DNA of 64,000 nt from the human T2T-CHM13v2.0 reference genome, Homo sapiens (GCF_009914755.1 NC_060938.1), one strand, 5' to 3'. Numbered from the stretch's first letter, positions 32,140 through 47,359 are shown. Notes: generated by a model from the letters alone, not told the origin. A program made the numbers and translations.

Positions 32140-32570
32140 AAATGAATTTAAGAATTCTCATTTTCTTGCAAACTAACTCCCTAACCTTTTTCAAACAACA
32201 CATTCAGTGACACAATGTCATGTCGGGATGCAGAAATTGAATATTATAATTAAAATTTTCTCTGGGGGGTCTTGCTGCCACGTATAAGTGTCCATGATGA
32301 TCAAGGGACAAAACATGAAAGTAGGGGGTGGCTGAAAGCTCCCTTAGCTCTTTTTATTTATTGATACCACTGAAATATAATAGAAACATCCTTCAAAGAA
32401 AGCAACACCAGCCAACCCTTCAGCTTTGATAGGGCTTTTTTAATCAGGAGACATTGTTGTCTCACAATGAACATGGAAAGCATTTAAAATATTTTGTAGA
32501 TGGAGTGCATTGCATCTGACCCCAGCCAAAAGACCACATTAAAAGGAACTGAAAGGAATTCACTTTGAGT
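32140..32570. promoter_or_regulatory. Candidate conserved enhancer
   Basis: TGACAcaaTGTCA 32208-32220, TATTGAT 32359, TTCAAAG 32392, CTTTGAT 32424, CATTGT-n6-ACAATG 32452-32469. Confidence 0.4.
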
Positions 32571-33449
32571 CCTCCGGGCTCAAAGAACCAAGGACATGCA
32601 GAACATGCTAAGGGTTGGATTCATTTGGAGGAAAAGGTGAAGCACCAAGTTAGAAAATGAGAGTCCAGATTTGCCTTGGGAGGTAGAGTATGGTTCCCCA
32701 GAGTGCAAGGGATGATAAGAGACACTGGACATTGCTACTGAGTCATTGATGTAATTGCTTTCTTTTGAGCATATGGAATCGGAGCTCAGTTTTCCGAGAG
32801 GTGACCAGTGGACTGCTGGTCGAGGGAATGCTTCAAAAATGCCTCTCTGTCACTTAAGTCTGGGACACATTCCATACTACCTCTGCCTCTGGTGACTGAC
32901 ACAGATGTATCCAAGGCTCTGAGGAGTTATTCGAAAAGGAGTCTCGGTAAGATTTTTAAAACTTTTAAAAAATATCCGCAGGGCCTTTTGCAGTCTGCAG
33001 GACGTAATTTGGGATGAGCCGCCAACTCATACAGGCACAGATCATAAGGGGTCATGAGAGGTCTGGAGTGACACACCTGGTTAGCCCTTGAACCTGTCTG
33101 CCCCAGTGAGTACTACCTTCTCCAAATCCCATTTCCCCCAAGCTCATCCAATTATACAAGTGACCAGGAATAAATCAAATGAAATTACTAGAGGGGTTTT
33201 TTTTTTTTAATAACAAGACATAGCTGATCTGATCTTATTAAAACAGGAGTTGGGCAGATTTAAGACATGAAAATAAATAACTAGAATACAAAGAAGAATA
33301 AAGCCAACGCCATAGACATTTGCCACAGTTCCTTAAGCATTTATGGGAGGAAGGAATGTCCTCTAGGTTGGGGAACTTGATGGGGTTGGGGGTACATCAG
33401 GGGAGGCTTCCTAGGGAAGGGATGGGAAGTAAAGAGCACCTTAAAGTGC

Positions 33450-34010
33450 AGATATTATTTTTATTAATAATAAAACCTTAATAATACTCTTTTCCAATTG
33501 ATAACATCTAGTATCTCATAAAATAAATTAGATTGTAAAGTAGAACAGAGAAAAATATTTCCCATTAGTCTAGGACTGAAAGATAATTCTGATATTCATT
33601 CTTTATATAAAACCCAACTGTTTTGGCAACACAGCTAATATATTGTGTCTGCAACTTTTTAACTTAATTTTCTGTTTTTTACTCTTTCAAAAAATTTGGC
33701 TTAACCTGGCAAAAGAAGCATATATTCTTTCCAATTACTCTCTTCCATCATTGTCTAATTTATTTTTAACTTGAGGAATCATGGTTTAACTAATCAATAT
33801 TGTCTTATTGAATAATTACTTTTTTCTAATTTTACATTTTAATGTTTTGCATAGCTCTGATAAAAACTTTGTACATGAAAGATTTTCTAGGTATATCAAT
33901 TTCTGCTCTTAAGGTAGATGGAGAGTCTTGATGTCTCCATTATTTGGTTAGAGTAGAGATGAATATCAAGTATGGTATTGATTTGGCATATTGGTATGCA
34001 AAGTGTACAA
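33450..34010 (-). mobile_element. Probable ancient L1M 3' fragment
   Basis: AT-rich with degenerate L1ME-like motifs. Confidence 0.4.
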
Positions 34011-34283
34011 TGCTGTGCCTCCACACCCCTGCCCCAAGGCTATACACATCGAATTTCTATGTTTCTACCAAAATGCCCTTCATCCAATTCAGATAGGAGT
34101 CACCCACTGTGTGGATAGAAGAGGATTGTTGGAATCTCAGAATCAAAGTTATGCATTTTTAACTTCTCAGTTGAAAAGTCATACTTCAAATGTTAGGCTG
34201 GAAAGTTTAGAAAAGAAGATGCAGGTGAGAGATGGTATATTCCCTCCCGTGTCCAACTACAAAAGCCCTTTAAGCTGGAGATG

Positions 34284-34318
34284 GAGAGAGACAGTGAGAG
34301 AGATAGAGAGAGAGAGGA

Positions 34319-34360
<42 letters not shown>

Positions 34361-34362
34361 GA
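34284..34362 (+). repeat. (GA)n microsatellite
   Basis: Direct reading. Confidence 0.95.
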
Positions 34363-35813
34363 GTTGGTGAAAGGAGTGGCTTTGCTCATTCTTGGCCCCC
34401 AGTCTTGGTACTAGGTGGGGAAGATCATGGAAACCCCACTTTGAGTCTGGGGAATCCAAGAGTTAGGAGGACCTGTACATCACCCATTCCATCTTCCTGC
34501 CTGGAATTCTGATAAACCACCATGTTGTCACCTTGACGTCTCAGCAAATCAAGGGGTGGGAATAACAGGGCTGAGATGAAAGCACAGGTGTGTCAAGGTG
34601 GCAGCATGCCCCCACCCCAAAGTCACCCAGGAACCTGAGAAAGTTACTGGAGAACAGTGAGCTCCTCCTGGGGCCAAAACAATGGAACAGTGGGCTAAGG
34701 AAGGGCCATTGAGTGTCATGGCCCTTAAAGGCTGGGGACCGAGGATGCCTCTGCGCAACCATAGGGAGAGACATGCACAGGATGACGAGGCCAGAGGACC
34801 GTGGTGAGGTGGCAAATCCTTGCAGGACCAAGAGGCAGACTCCCCCTGCCCACAGTAGTCCTGACCATATAAGAAGTCCCTGAGGGCTTCAAATATATAG
34901 CAAAAGATGAAGCTATCAAAAAGAAAAAAAAAGTGCCCATGGACAGCGGTCACACAAAGTTAGTTTTAATAGAAACGTCAGGGTTTGTCTGAACCCTTTC
35001 TTTTTATCTATGAGAAAACTGAGGCTCAGGGACTTGATGACACCCACATGACATGTAGGAGGAAGCGTGAAAATCAGATCATTGCATGAGGACCTCTCTG
35101 TCCACTCCATGGGAAAATCTACAGCAATTGACTGACCAAAGTGGAGTGCGGTTTTAGCAGTGTCTTAAGGGACTTGTGATCACCTGCAGGAGAAAACAGA
35201 TGGAAAGTAAGATAAATAATGATAACATGTGTCCCTGTGCACTGTAGGGGATCGACAGAGGCTCTCAGCTCATCTTGGTCAGTCACCAGGGGCCACAGTG
35301 AAGAGCTCAGGTGGAAGGGCCAGCTGTGAGACTCTCCCAAACAGTAGAGCAGTGGCTCCTCAGGCAGGAGCCTCCCAGCTTCTCTGGGCTTGCTTCTACT
35401 TACATAAACCAATAGCATTCACATTCTTTGCTTGGGGCTATTAGTCTTCCGATTTCAGGGTGGTGTGGACAAAATGAGGATGTTTCTGTGCACGAGACCT
35501 GTATTTCTTCTCTGTCCTTTTTATTCACTAGCTGCATAAATCACACAAGTCATTAAACCTCAGCTCAGTTTCCTCATCTGTAAAAATGGGGATATTGGCC
35601 CCCACTTCAAATGGGATATCACTTATAAAACAGGCAGCACAATAGGCAGTCATCTCATTCCATGGCAGACACTTCTCATGTGTTAATATCTCATTGACTC
35701 CTTGCAAATTGCCTTGTAAATGTTAATATCCATTTTATAGACCAGGGAGTGAAGGTTCACTAAATTGGGTCATTTGCCTTAGGCCTTAGAGTTACTGTCC
35801 TTGTTATTACATA

Positions 35814-36101
35814 CAGTCATGCCCTAATGCTGTATTTTTACTGTACCTTTTCTGTGTCTAGATATGTTTAGATACACATGTATTTACCATTGTGTCACAG
35901 TTGCCTACTGTCTTCAGTACAGTATCATGCTGTACTGGTTTATAGCCTAGGAGTACTGGGCTGTACCATATGGCCTAGGTATGTGGCAGGATACACTATC
36001 TAGGTTTGTGTATGTACACACTGTGATGTTTGCACAATGACAAAGTCACTCAGGGGCAAATTTCTCAGATTACACCCCTGTGATGAAATGATACACAACT
36101 A
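35814..36101 (+). mobile_element. Tigger3a-like TcMar DNA transposon with internal deletion
   Basis: ta|cagtcatgc...gtatttttactgtaccttttct...tagcctaggag...ctaggtttgtgta...atttctcaga. Confidence 0.85.
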
Positions 36102-36929
36102 TTTATTTTCTCTGTCCTGCAGGGGAACAATATATCTCAGTCTTCAGGCTGCAGTGACTGGTCCAAAGTGTGATCATGTGATCCAAGTCTGGCCCATCAT
36201 GCTCCTTTTGATTTGGAGCTAAAAGAGGGCTCATCACTTTTCTGTTCGCCAACCTGTGTTGCCTGTGGCTCTGTGGGGGCCACACAGTGGCTGATCTGAG
36301 GATTTGAAGGTGACACACACAGCAGAGATAAACACAGCAAAGAAGGTTTCATGCTCACATATCATTTATTCTCAAGGCCAGCTCCACCCCTGTCCACTTT
36401 GCGGTTTGACTCTTGACTCAATAACTTCCCTCTTTTTGCTTTGGCTAATCACAGTTAGGAATCTGTCACATACAACCCAAAGAATCCTGGTGAATACAGG
36501 ACTTGGACTTAGGTAATTCAATGCCTGTGTAAATGTAAATTCAAATGTAAATTCAAAGCCTGCCTGTGTTCCTTCTACTTCATAAAAAGGGAGAAAGGAA
36601 GGAGGGAAACAGACAGGGACAAAATACTTTCTCCTTAATTTGTCAAGCATCACATCGAAGCTTCCTCGGCTCTCCAGAGATATGACCTAGGTAAGCTTGA
36701 AATCTATGCTTGCATTTTCTACAGAGTGCCCTTTCTAAATCACCTTATTTTGATGTAACTGCAAAAGGCAGAACTATTTTGGGTTCTTGCTATGATAAAA
36801 CTGAAGCTGTAAGCTAGGGACTTTCATGAGAAATTGCACTGAAATGTCAACAGATGGCTTGCTAATCATGTTAAAAAATACTCATTTTTTTTCAAAAATG
36901 GCATTTCCCCCCAGTAAGTAGATCAGAAA

Positions 36930-37210
36930 GCAATGTTTATGATATAAAACATATTAGTCACAACGCCGTGTAATTATCCTACTTAATCATCAAGGTCATA
37001 ATGATAATTGTTTCTAAAAATTAACACCTCTTCCCTTAGCAAGGAAGCTAACCCAAAATGCATGGTCAGAAACTCAAAATCGCTGCACTTAAAAGGATGT
37101 GCACGTTAAAAGGAGATGCACGCAGCAACCACAGAGATTGGGCGTAACGATTTACAAAGCGCTTTGCAGTAATAGGCTGAGGAGTGCCGAAATATTTGTT
37201 GGTCCATTTT
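36930..37210. promoter_or_regulatory. Candidate conserved enhancer
   Basis: 9 CpGs in ~230 bp of AT-rich unique DNA; TCAAGGTCA 36990-36998, TAACACCT 37022-37029, several TAAT cores. Confidence 0.45.
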
Positions 37211-37838
37211 TGCCAAAATCAAAGTCCCTGTTTTTCTTTATTCAAGAGGAAGGACTGGAGTCTTAAGAGCATTTGATCATGATTCACCATTGGATCTACC
37301 CTATTTTCTTGTAAAGATAGCTGTCTCTGTAAATCGGCTGGAGTTGGCCAAACATTGAAGACCACACTGCAGGGAGAAGTCCCCCCGCCCCCCAGCTTCT
37401 GTTCCCGACTTGCACTAACCTGCCACCATCTGAAGTTGGACTCTGCTTCTTGGTTTTACTGTGAATCTTTTGCTAGCTTGTGTTGTGTGGCTCCATGACA
37501 CCAGTTCTGTCCTTACACTTCACACTCTGGGCTGTCTTCTACTTCTTTTCAAGAGTAGACTCTCTCCTCACAGTTCCAGCCCTCCAGGACCTAAATCCAG
37601 GAAGCAGCATTCTCAGCCAGCATCCCTTCTTATCCATCCTCCTCACCGCCAGCCCCCTTTGAGAGATGCTTCAAATGACTGTCATGCCCAGCCACTTAAA
37701 TGTTATCAAATAAGCTAGTTCATGCAGCATGGGCCTGAAGCTTATCTTTGCAAGTGTCCCAAACAAGTTTACCTCTTTAGTCATGAAGTCTGCCTGAAAT
37801 ATACCATGTAGACAAGAAATAAAATGTGCTTAGTGTTT

Positions 37839-38272
37839 TTAGGTTACTGCAAAAGTAATTGCTGTTTTTTTGCCATTAAAATGGCAGTAGAGATGGAGAC
37901 TACAGATTGCATGGATAACTGAAAACAAACTCACACAAGCAACCTCATTAAAAGAGAGGTGCTGGTTCATCTTCGGCACCAGACCCTTTCAGATACTAGT
38001 GATTTCCTGTGTGGGTGTCTGGCTGGACCCCAAACTCCCTACCTCTACAAACCAGTACATCTGCCTTTTTGTTAGTTGTGTTTACAAAGGTTGAGTGTTT
38101 ACATTTCAAATGCCTTGGGAGAAGAGGAAAAAACCCCTATCACCCTATTCATTCTGCAAATGCAGAATCCCCACAGGCAGAGTCCACACATAATGGGAAT
38201 TCAGTTTTTATGAATTTCCATTTTATGAATTTTTTAATGGCAAAACCAGCAATTACTTTTGCACCAATCTAA
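37839..38272. mobile_element. MADE1 (Hsmar1-derived MITE) split at its centre by captured host DNA
   Basis: Left arm ttaggttactgcaaaagtaattgctgtttttttgccatta; right arm taatggcaaaaccagcaattacttttgcaccaatctaa followed by TA. Confidence 0.9.
37888..38206 (+). repeat. Local direct duplication B (copy of 44420-44726)
   Basis: Collinear from tagagatggagacta to gcagagtccacacataatgggaattcagtt; about 85-88% identity by hand. Confidence 0.95.
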
Positions 38273-38520
38273 TAATTCATCATTATTTAGAATGTCAATG
38301 ACAGTACTGTCAGAGTGACTGTCAGAGCTACAAAGGGGGCATAGGACCATTTGATCACACACAGAAGGACACCAGGTTTTCTGTGCTTTTCAGTTCTTGT
38401 GTCACGCTATTAAATGTGTTCTTGAGTCCCTGAGTCTCTTGCTCTCAGGCTGCCATATCTGTGATTTCCGACAACTCCTCCCTTCAGGTGCCTGACTCTT
38501 CTGCAACAGCCTAAGATAAG

Positions 38521-39172
38521 AGGAGAGGATGTGGAGAAACAGGAATGCTTTTACACTGTTGGTCAGAGTGTACATTAGTTCAACCATTGTGGAAGACAGT
38601 GTGGCGACTCCTCAAGCATCTACAACCAGAAATACCATTTGACCCAGCAATCCCATTACTGGGTATGTACCCAAAAGATTATAGATCATTCTACTATAAA
38701 AACTCATGCACACGTATGTTTATTGTGGCACTATTCACAATAGCAAAGACTTGGAACCAACCCAAATGCCCATTAATGATAGACTGGATAAAGAAAATGT
38801 GGCACATATACACCATGGAATACTATGTAGCCATTAAAAAAGGTGAGTTCATGTCCTTTGCAGGCACATGGATGAAGCTGAAAACCATCATTCTCAGCCA
38901 ACTAATACAGGAACAGAAAATAAAACACAGCATGTTCTCACTCATAAGTGGGAGTTGAACAATGAGAACACATGGACACAGGGAGGGGGACATCACACAC
39001 CAGAGCCTGTTGGGGGATTGAGGGTAGGAGAGGGATAGCATTAGGAGAAACACCTAATGTAGATGACGGGTTGATTGGTGCAGCAAACCACCAGGGCATG
39101 TGTATACCTATGTAACAAACCTGCACGTTCTGCACATGTACCCCAGAACTTAAAGTTTAATTTAAAAAAAAT
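38521..39172 (+). mobile_element. 5'-truncated L1PA (PA6-8-like): ORF2 C-terminal remnant plus 3' UTR
   Basis: ORF 38545-38958 translates as L1 ORF2p end (LLHCW..LVQPLWKTVWR..DPAIPLLG..KTWNQPKCP..HSMFSLISGS); 3' UTR and A tail. Confidence 0.95.
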
Positions 39173-39299
39173 AGAGGTGGCCCCTTAATTTATTTGGTGT
39201 CTGAAGGGAATTTGGAGGGTTTCACCACAGAGCTGCTGCCTTGATGGAGGCTCCCTCACACTTCTTTCTTCCCTCTGCCTGGTGCCATGGTTGGGAGCA

Positions 39300-39495
39300 C
39301 CAAGAATGCCTGGGTGTAAATCACTGCCTTGCCAATAATGAGCTGGGTCATTTGGGGCAACTTAGTACATGTCTGTGTGCCTCAATTTTCTCTTCTGTAA
39401 AGTAGGAATAAGAAGGGTACTTAACTCATCAGGGTATCTGGAGATTAAATAAATTCCTATTTGCAAAGCACTGAACACAAATATGGTGATTGAAT
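39300..39495 (+). mobile_element. MIR
   Basis: tctgtgtgcctcaattttctcttctgtaaagtaggaataa...gcaaagcactgaac. Confidence 0.7.
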
Positions 39496-39835
39496 AACTA
39501 GGATTATTTACTTCCTTTTTGAGTCTCACTGCACCATCTACAAACATGAAGATAACAGTAACACTTTCCGTTTATTCTGTCAGTAGATGGTGAGATCCTC
39601 AAGAGAAAGGCACCACTTATCATTGGTGTCTTTTAAGGCTGTGTTTCGGATGCAGAGTTTCTTATCACCCCTTCTGACCATTCGCATAGCTGAATGACAT
39701 AGAAACCGTGTCCTGTGTCCTGTCCTGTGTATCTGTTTCTAGTCCTCTCTACCCCAACCATTCTGTCACAGATGATGAAACCAACAGTGACCATCTGAAC
39801 CTGGCTAACCCAACTAGTCTCCACTCTCCAGTGAA

Positions 39836-41323
<1,488 letters not shown>

Positions 41324-41650
41324 TCAGGGACCTCAACGCTGTGTGAATTGGCCAGAAAGGGAGCTGAGTCAAGGAGGTCTCTTGCCAAGAGTTGTGAAAC
41401 TGGAATTCTGAGTCTGTTGCCAAAAAGCTGTAGGGATCAGAGCTGAAAATCGTGTACACTGAGGACTGGGGGGTTCACTGGGGCATGTGTTTAACATAAA
41501 AGCAGAAAAGAAAAAAAGTTGATCAAGAAGGAGAGGGAGACAGGAAACAAACAAACCGTGGGCACGTTGCAAAGATGAAGGCCCCAGTCTTGAGGTCTCC
41601 AGAGAAGCACAGGAAATGTGTAGATTTCTCCAGAACTGCTTTAATGGCAA

Positions 41651-41710
41651 CCTGTTCTGAAGCCTGTTTTGAGGCCTTTTCTGAGGCCTGTTTTGGGGCC
41701 TTTTCTGAAT
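41651..41710 (+). repeat. 12-bp minisatellite x5 (cct(g/t)tt(c/t)tgagg consensus)
   Basis: cctgttctgaag cctgttttgagg ccttttctgagg cctgttttgggg ccttttctgaat. Confidence 0.9.
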
Positions 41711-43129
41711 CTCCAGGAGATCACTCTACATCTTCAGATAAATTCCATGACTTGAGCCTCTTCTAGTCAGTGCTTCTGACCTTCCACTGAAAAGTGTGCT
41801 AAGATATTTCTGTCTTTAGCTTTCGTACAGTTTCTTCTACCTCCATGGACTTTTTTTGCTTGGAAAAAAACAAATAGTAAACCATGGGGAAGGGGCCAAG
41901 GCCATTTCTGGGTTTGAACATTGGAGTTAACTGTGACGGCTTCAGGAATCTCTTTCAGTAGCTCTTAGCCATTGTTTGTCCCTTTTGCTGTCCTTTTCCT
42001 AGTCCTGGGTGGCTGAAATGATGCATGGAGTAGCTTTTGGATGAACGAGCACTTGTTCTTACATGAAGCAAGAGTGTGGATGATAGAATAAAATCTTAGG
42101 AAAAGCCGTAAGTTAATTTATGTCCACCCCAAGTCTAAGGTGGTTCCAAAAATAAATTCCTCCTTGGAAATCCACAAACACAGATAAAAATATCCAGAAA
42201 GAAAGGAAAATTCTTCCCTCTCAAATGTTATTTTCTCTGTCTTGTCTTCTTATTTCTTTCTCTTAATAAGCCTTTAGCATATGTTTCCAGTATATCAGGG
42301 ACTGCTCTGGTTACTTTGGGAAAACACAAAAATGAATACGACAAGAAGTCTCATTTCAATTAGTCGGCAGACTAGTAATTACCTGATATCCTTTCAAAAG
42401 CACTGACTTAAAAGTTCACCATCATGATGACCTTCACAAAGATGTGTTCAAAAATTAACCCCACCGAAGGTAATCACAAAATCCCCCTTTTTTTGTTGGA
42501 CAATACCATAATCTTATTTTGTTCTTTTCAGTGAAGGCATTTGAAAAACAGACATTTTTATAATCCTACAAAATGTTTCTCATAAATAAACATCCACATC
42601 AAAAATATATATTCCTCCCAAGACCATATATATTTCAACTTGAGTTTATTACATATCTGACAACCAATTAGGCACTTCCTAGTGCTGTTAGCTATCATCT
42701 CTGTGTCTTTGCCCTGCCTCCCGATTGGATCACAGTCTCTGAGGACAAGCATTATGTCTGCACAATTATAACATTCCATTCTTAGTCTTTCTATATGTCC
42801 TGTAAATGGTTTTGAATTAATTTTGCAGAGTTTGGATTGTAGGGCCACTCTCTTTATGGACTGAAGATTTTGTAATGACTTTTTTAGCACTATTTGCTTT
42901 TTCAATCTAATTTACAACCTGTATTTGATTCCTGCAAAATCTCTCTAAAGAAGATGGAAAGATGTTATTCTTATTATGACACATAAGAAAACTGAGACTT
43001 AGGAAAGTCCCAGAATTTACTAGCCACAAACAAGGATTGGCTAGTGGGAAATCTACCTGTCACCAGCTTCTTCCTCTTTCATCCAGATCATGGTGTCTCT
43101 TACAGACTCACTCCCCTATGTACAAATAT

Positions 43130-44056
43130 CTCACAAGTGTATGAAAAATGCTCAGCATCACTGATCATCAGGGAAATGCAAATCAAAACCACAGTGAAAT
43201 ATCACCTCACCTGAATTAGAATAGCTATTAGCAAAAATACAACAAAGGCACACATGCTGATGTGATGTGGAAAAATGGGAACCCTTATACACTATCAGAG
43301 GGAATGTAAATTAGTATAGCCATTATGGAGAACAGTATGGAGGTTCCTCAAAATATTAAAAATAGAACTACCATATAATCCAATAATCCCACTGCTGGGT
43401 GCTTATCCAAAAGAATAGTACAAAAAGGAAGTCAGTATGTCAAATAAATATTTGCACGCCCATGTTTATTGCATCAATATTGATAGTAACCAAGACATGG
43501 AATCAACTAAAGTGTCCATCAATAGACAAATGGATAAAGAGAATGTGGTACCTATATAGAATAGAGTACTATTCGGCCATAAAAAATGAAATCCTACCAG
43601 TTGTGGCAACATGGATGAGCCTGGAGGAGTTTATATTAAGTAAAGTAAACCAGGCCTAGAAAGACAAATATCACATGATCTCACTCATTTTTGGAATTTT
43701 TAAAAACTGATCTCATTGAAGTACAGAGTAGAACAGTGGTTACTAGAGGCTGGGGATGGTGAGCAGGGAATGAGGACAGATGTATTAATGGGTACAAAAT
43801 TACAAATAGATAGGAGAAATAAGTTCTATTGTATAGTAGGATGACTTTAGTTAACAATACTGTATTGTATACTTAAAAATAACTCAGAGAGGATTTTGAA
43901 TGTTCTTGCCACACACACACACACAAAGATGAATGTTTGAGGTGATGAATTAGCTAATTCCCCTGATTTGGTCATTACACATTGTATACATGTATTGAAC
44001 ATCACACTGTATCTCGTAAGTATATACAATTATTATGTGTTAATTAAAAATAAAAT
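43130..44056 (+). mobile_element. L1MA-type 3' fragment (ORF2 end plus 3' UTR)
   Basis: catcagggaaatgcaaatcaaaaccaca...atggaggttcctcaaaa...tgatttggtcattacacattgtatacatg...aattaaaaataaaa. Confidence 0.9.
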
Positions 44057-44063
44057 ACAACTT

Positions 44064-44390
<327 letters not shown>

Positions 44391-44419
44391 TTACCTGATA
44401 CCTGATGGTCATCAGGGCA

Positions 44420-44726
44420 TAGAGATGGAGACTATGGATTGCATGGATAACTGAAAAGAAACTCACAGAAACAATTTTACAAAAAGAGAGGTACTGGTTC
44501 ATCTTCTGCACCAGACCCTTTCAGATACTAGTCATTGCCTATATGGGTGTCTGGCTGGTCCCCAAGCTTACCCCTACCTCTACTTTTTCGTTAGATGTGT
44601 CTATAAAAGTTGAGTGGTTACATTTCACATGTCTTGGCAGAAAAGGAAAAAACACGTTATCACTCTATTAATTCTGCAAATGCAGAACCTCCGCATGCAG
44701 AGTCCACACATAATGGGAATTCAGTT
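44420..44726 (+). repeat. Donor copy of duplication B
   Basis: Collinear with 37888-38206; no MADE1 arms flank it. Confidence 0.92.
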
Positions 44727-47359
44727 CCATTCCCTTTAATTAATTTGTGAATTTATTAATTTGACTTGGTGGAAAAATTGCTTAAAGATATAAACTCTAT
44801 TTGATGGCCTCTGTCACCTCCAGGGCAAAGCCCACACTTCTTCCCACTGTATTCAGGGCCCCAGTAACTGGGTATTGCCATCTTAACTAACCTCCTCTTT
44901 GACTTTGGACGACACAGATGATTTCAGTTGAGTGACACAATGCCTGGGTTCAAGGCCAGCCTGACCTAGGTAGAGGGCCCCAAGACCGATGATGGTGACT
45001 TAGCCTTGCTGAAAATCACCTTCTGGCAGCCGCTTGGCAGAGCCGGGCTTGCAATCCATCTGATTCCAAGCTGAGACTTTTGCTCTTTCCAGATAGACTT
45101 CAGGGTGATCTTGTGCATGGTAGAAACTGGTGAGGGATCTGGTTTCAGAGATTGTGGACTCACTTAGGAATAAGTGAGCTTTATGCCTTTAGCACTAAAC
45201 TAGTTGTTTCTAATGAAGCCTAGGATAGATGTCCCTGGGGTCAAGGGAAGTACGTATTCCTGACATTCTGCCTGTAGTTACTTCTCAAGCTGCTGCTCTA
45301 ACTGGGCCCCCCGGTAGCAATTGGGCTTCTCTCCATTGGTTGTATGAACATGGTCATCCATAAGAGCTCAACAGTCTATAGAGAAGGGAAAATAGTCTTA
45401 GTCTCTGGCCTCCAGAAGGTGACTATAAGTTAAAACCCTGTTGTTGCTGATTTTTTATGTTGTTGTTCTGGTCACATGCAGGTACATCTATCAGACCTTC
45501 TGTCTTGTGTTGTGCTTTTCTGGAATGTTCTGAGAATGGCTAGAATCCCTAAGCCCCTCAGCTACCACTAAGTGCCCAAACAGTTTGTTGTCCATGGGGC
45601 TGTTTGTGAGTTTAGAGTTTTCTCCATGCCTCAGAAATTTAACAGCCAAGTAACGGTGGGGACAAGGAGACAATTCTTTTTTTTTTTTTTTTTTTCTGAT
45701 ATTGCTTTGGTTTTAACTTAATGAAATAAACGTACTCCTGAAAAAAAATAAACCAAACTCAGCATTGCACACGAGAGTCCCACAGACCGACTGTCAGCTT
45801 AAACCAATCTGAAAGCTATGCCTTTTAATGCAGACATTGGACATAAAAAAGGCCTTGTGGGTCATAAAGCTCACCCCCTGCCAATATCAGAGAAGCATTG
45901 GCTGGTTTGTGTGTGTGGTGGGGGGTGAACATCTCAAATTCCCTTCCATCCAAATCAAGGGAGGCTGGGCTGAGCTCTGCCTCCCATTAGTCACGCCCTG
46001 TGGGGTGAGACGCAGCCATTGCTGGAGCTTGCAAAAGACTTCTCCTGCGCAGCCTCCATTCACAGTCCTCAGATCAAAAGGACACGACAGCATCTCCTCC
46101 ATCCCTACCTGACCCTGGACTCTGGTCAAAGTCTTGGGCATTGGTTTTGAGTCTTAGGATGGTCCATGGAATGCTCAGTATCTCCAAGAGATCCAAGCTG
46201 GGTCCCCCAGTAGCCATGGGATAGATGCACCACTCCTTCTCTGCTATTCATCACATTTATCCCACGATGATCTGGTGGAGACAAAGTCCTGCAGGTCTTT
46301 ATCTCAGCTGGAGCTTATCTCCCATCCAGCCACCTCCCCATCCAGTGGGAAATGAACCTTCTAGATCCACCTTCTAAATCATGTGCCTACATGTGGGCTA
46401 GTTTTCATCTTTTGTCTGTGTTTCGGTTGTTTATAGAGAGGGGGTGGGGAATTTCATCTTGATTTTAAAACTGCCTGCTATTTCGGGAAGGCATAGCTCA
46501 GTGTCTCTTTGTCCAGTGAGTTACTGAAATTTGACACCCTTGGAGGAATATTTTTGTCATAACCCACTGCTTGCTGCATTGTTGATCCAATTATTTGGAA
46601 CAAGCAATCTGTCATTCTATTGTTCCTTTCCAATTGTTTGACTTCGGTGGCAGTTGTAGAAAAGAATCTACTTTCAGTTTAAAAGAGGGGGTGAGGAGGG
46701 AACCTAAAAGAGCACCTCAAATGTGTATATCTTAGGTTACTGTGGACCAGAAGTCTGTGACCTGTGCACATTAAAGAGAAAAGAGTATCCTTTTAGGTAA
46801 CAAATATTCTGGAGTAAGTAAACTCAGTCATGTGTTTTGGCCACTATAGAAATAACACTTTTCCACCCAAAGCCTCTGCCAATGCACATATCCCCCTGCT
46901 ACCAAAACCCGGCAGCTTCCGAGGTCTGTTTATGTGGGATGATCTTGTTAGTTCTATTAATTAAAAAAGGTTTTTGCTCACTCTAGTTTTGCTGGAATTT
47001 AGCTGTTGCCACGTGACAAACATTGTAAATTTATGAAATTCATTATAGACACATACACATACTTCTTTAGAACCTCAAACAGGATTCTTGATCCAGGAAG
47101 AGATCTTTTCTTTCTCATTTGTAAATTTATTTATTTAACATATTAAGAAATTATAAGAATTAAATTTAACATAATTCAATGACAAAAGGATTTTTTTAAT
47201 ATTGAAGGAGAGTTTAACATTCAGAACAAAAAAAGTATGAAATAAGTAGGTATGTAAAATTATGATGAGTCTATGAAAATTCAGCACATAAACTGATCAG
47301 AGTTTTGAGTTTGCAACAACAATGAAACACTCATGGGAGTGTTTTCCAACATGGCCCTT

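Noticed and set aside
33991-34512. 173 aa ORF
   Set aside because: It has a non-ATG start, runs through a (GA)n tract and contains no recognisable domain.
38545-38958. 137 aa ORF with real protein-like sequence
   Set aside because: It is the C-terminal remnant of L1 ORF2p in a 5'-truncated copy, not a host gene.
41651-41710. Regularly spaced repeats (CRISPR-like?)
   Set aside because: It is a head-to-tail 12 bp minisatellite without spacers, in eukaryotic DNA.
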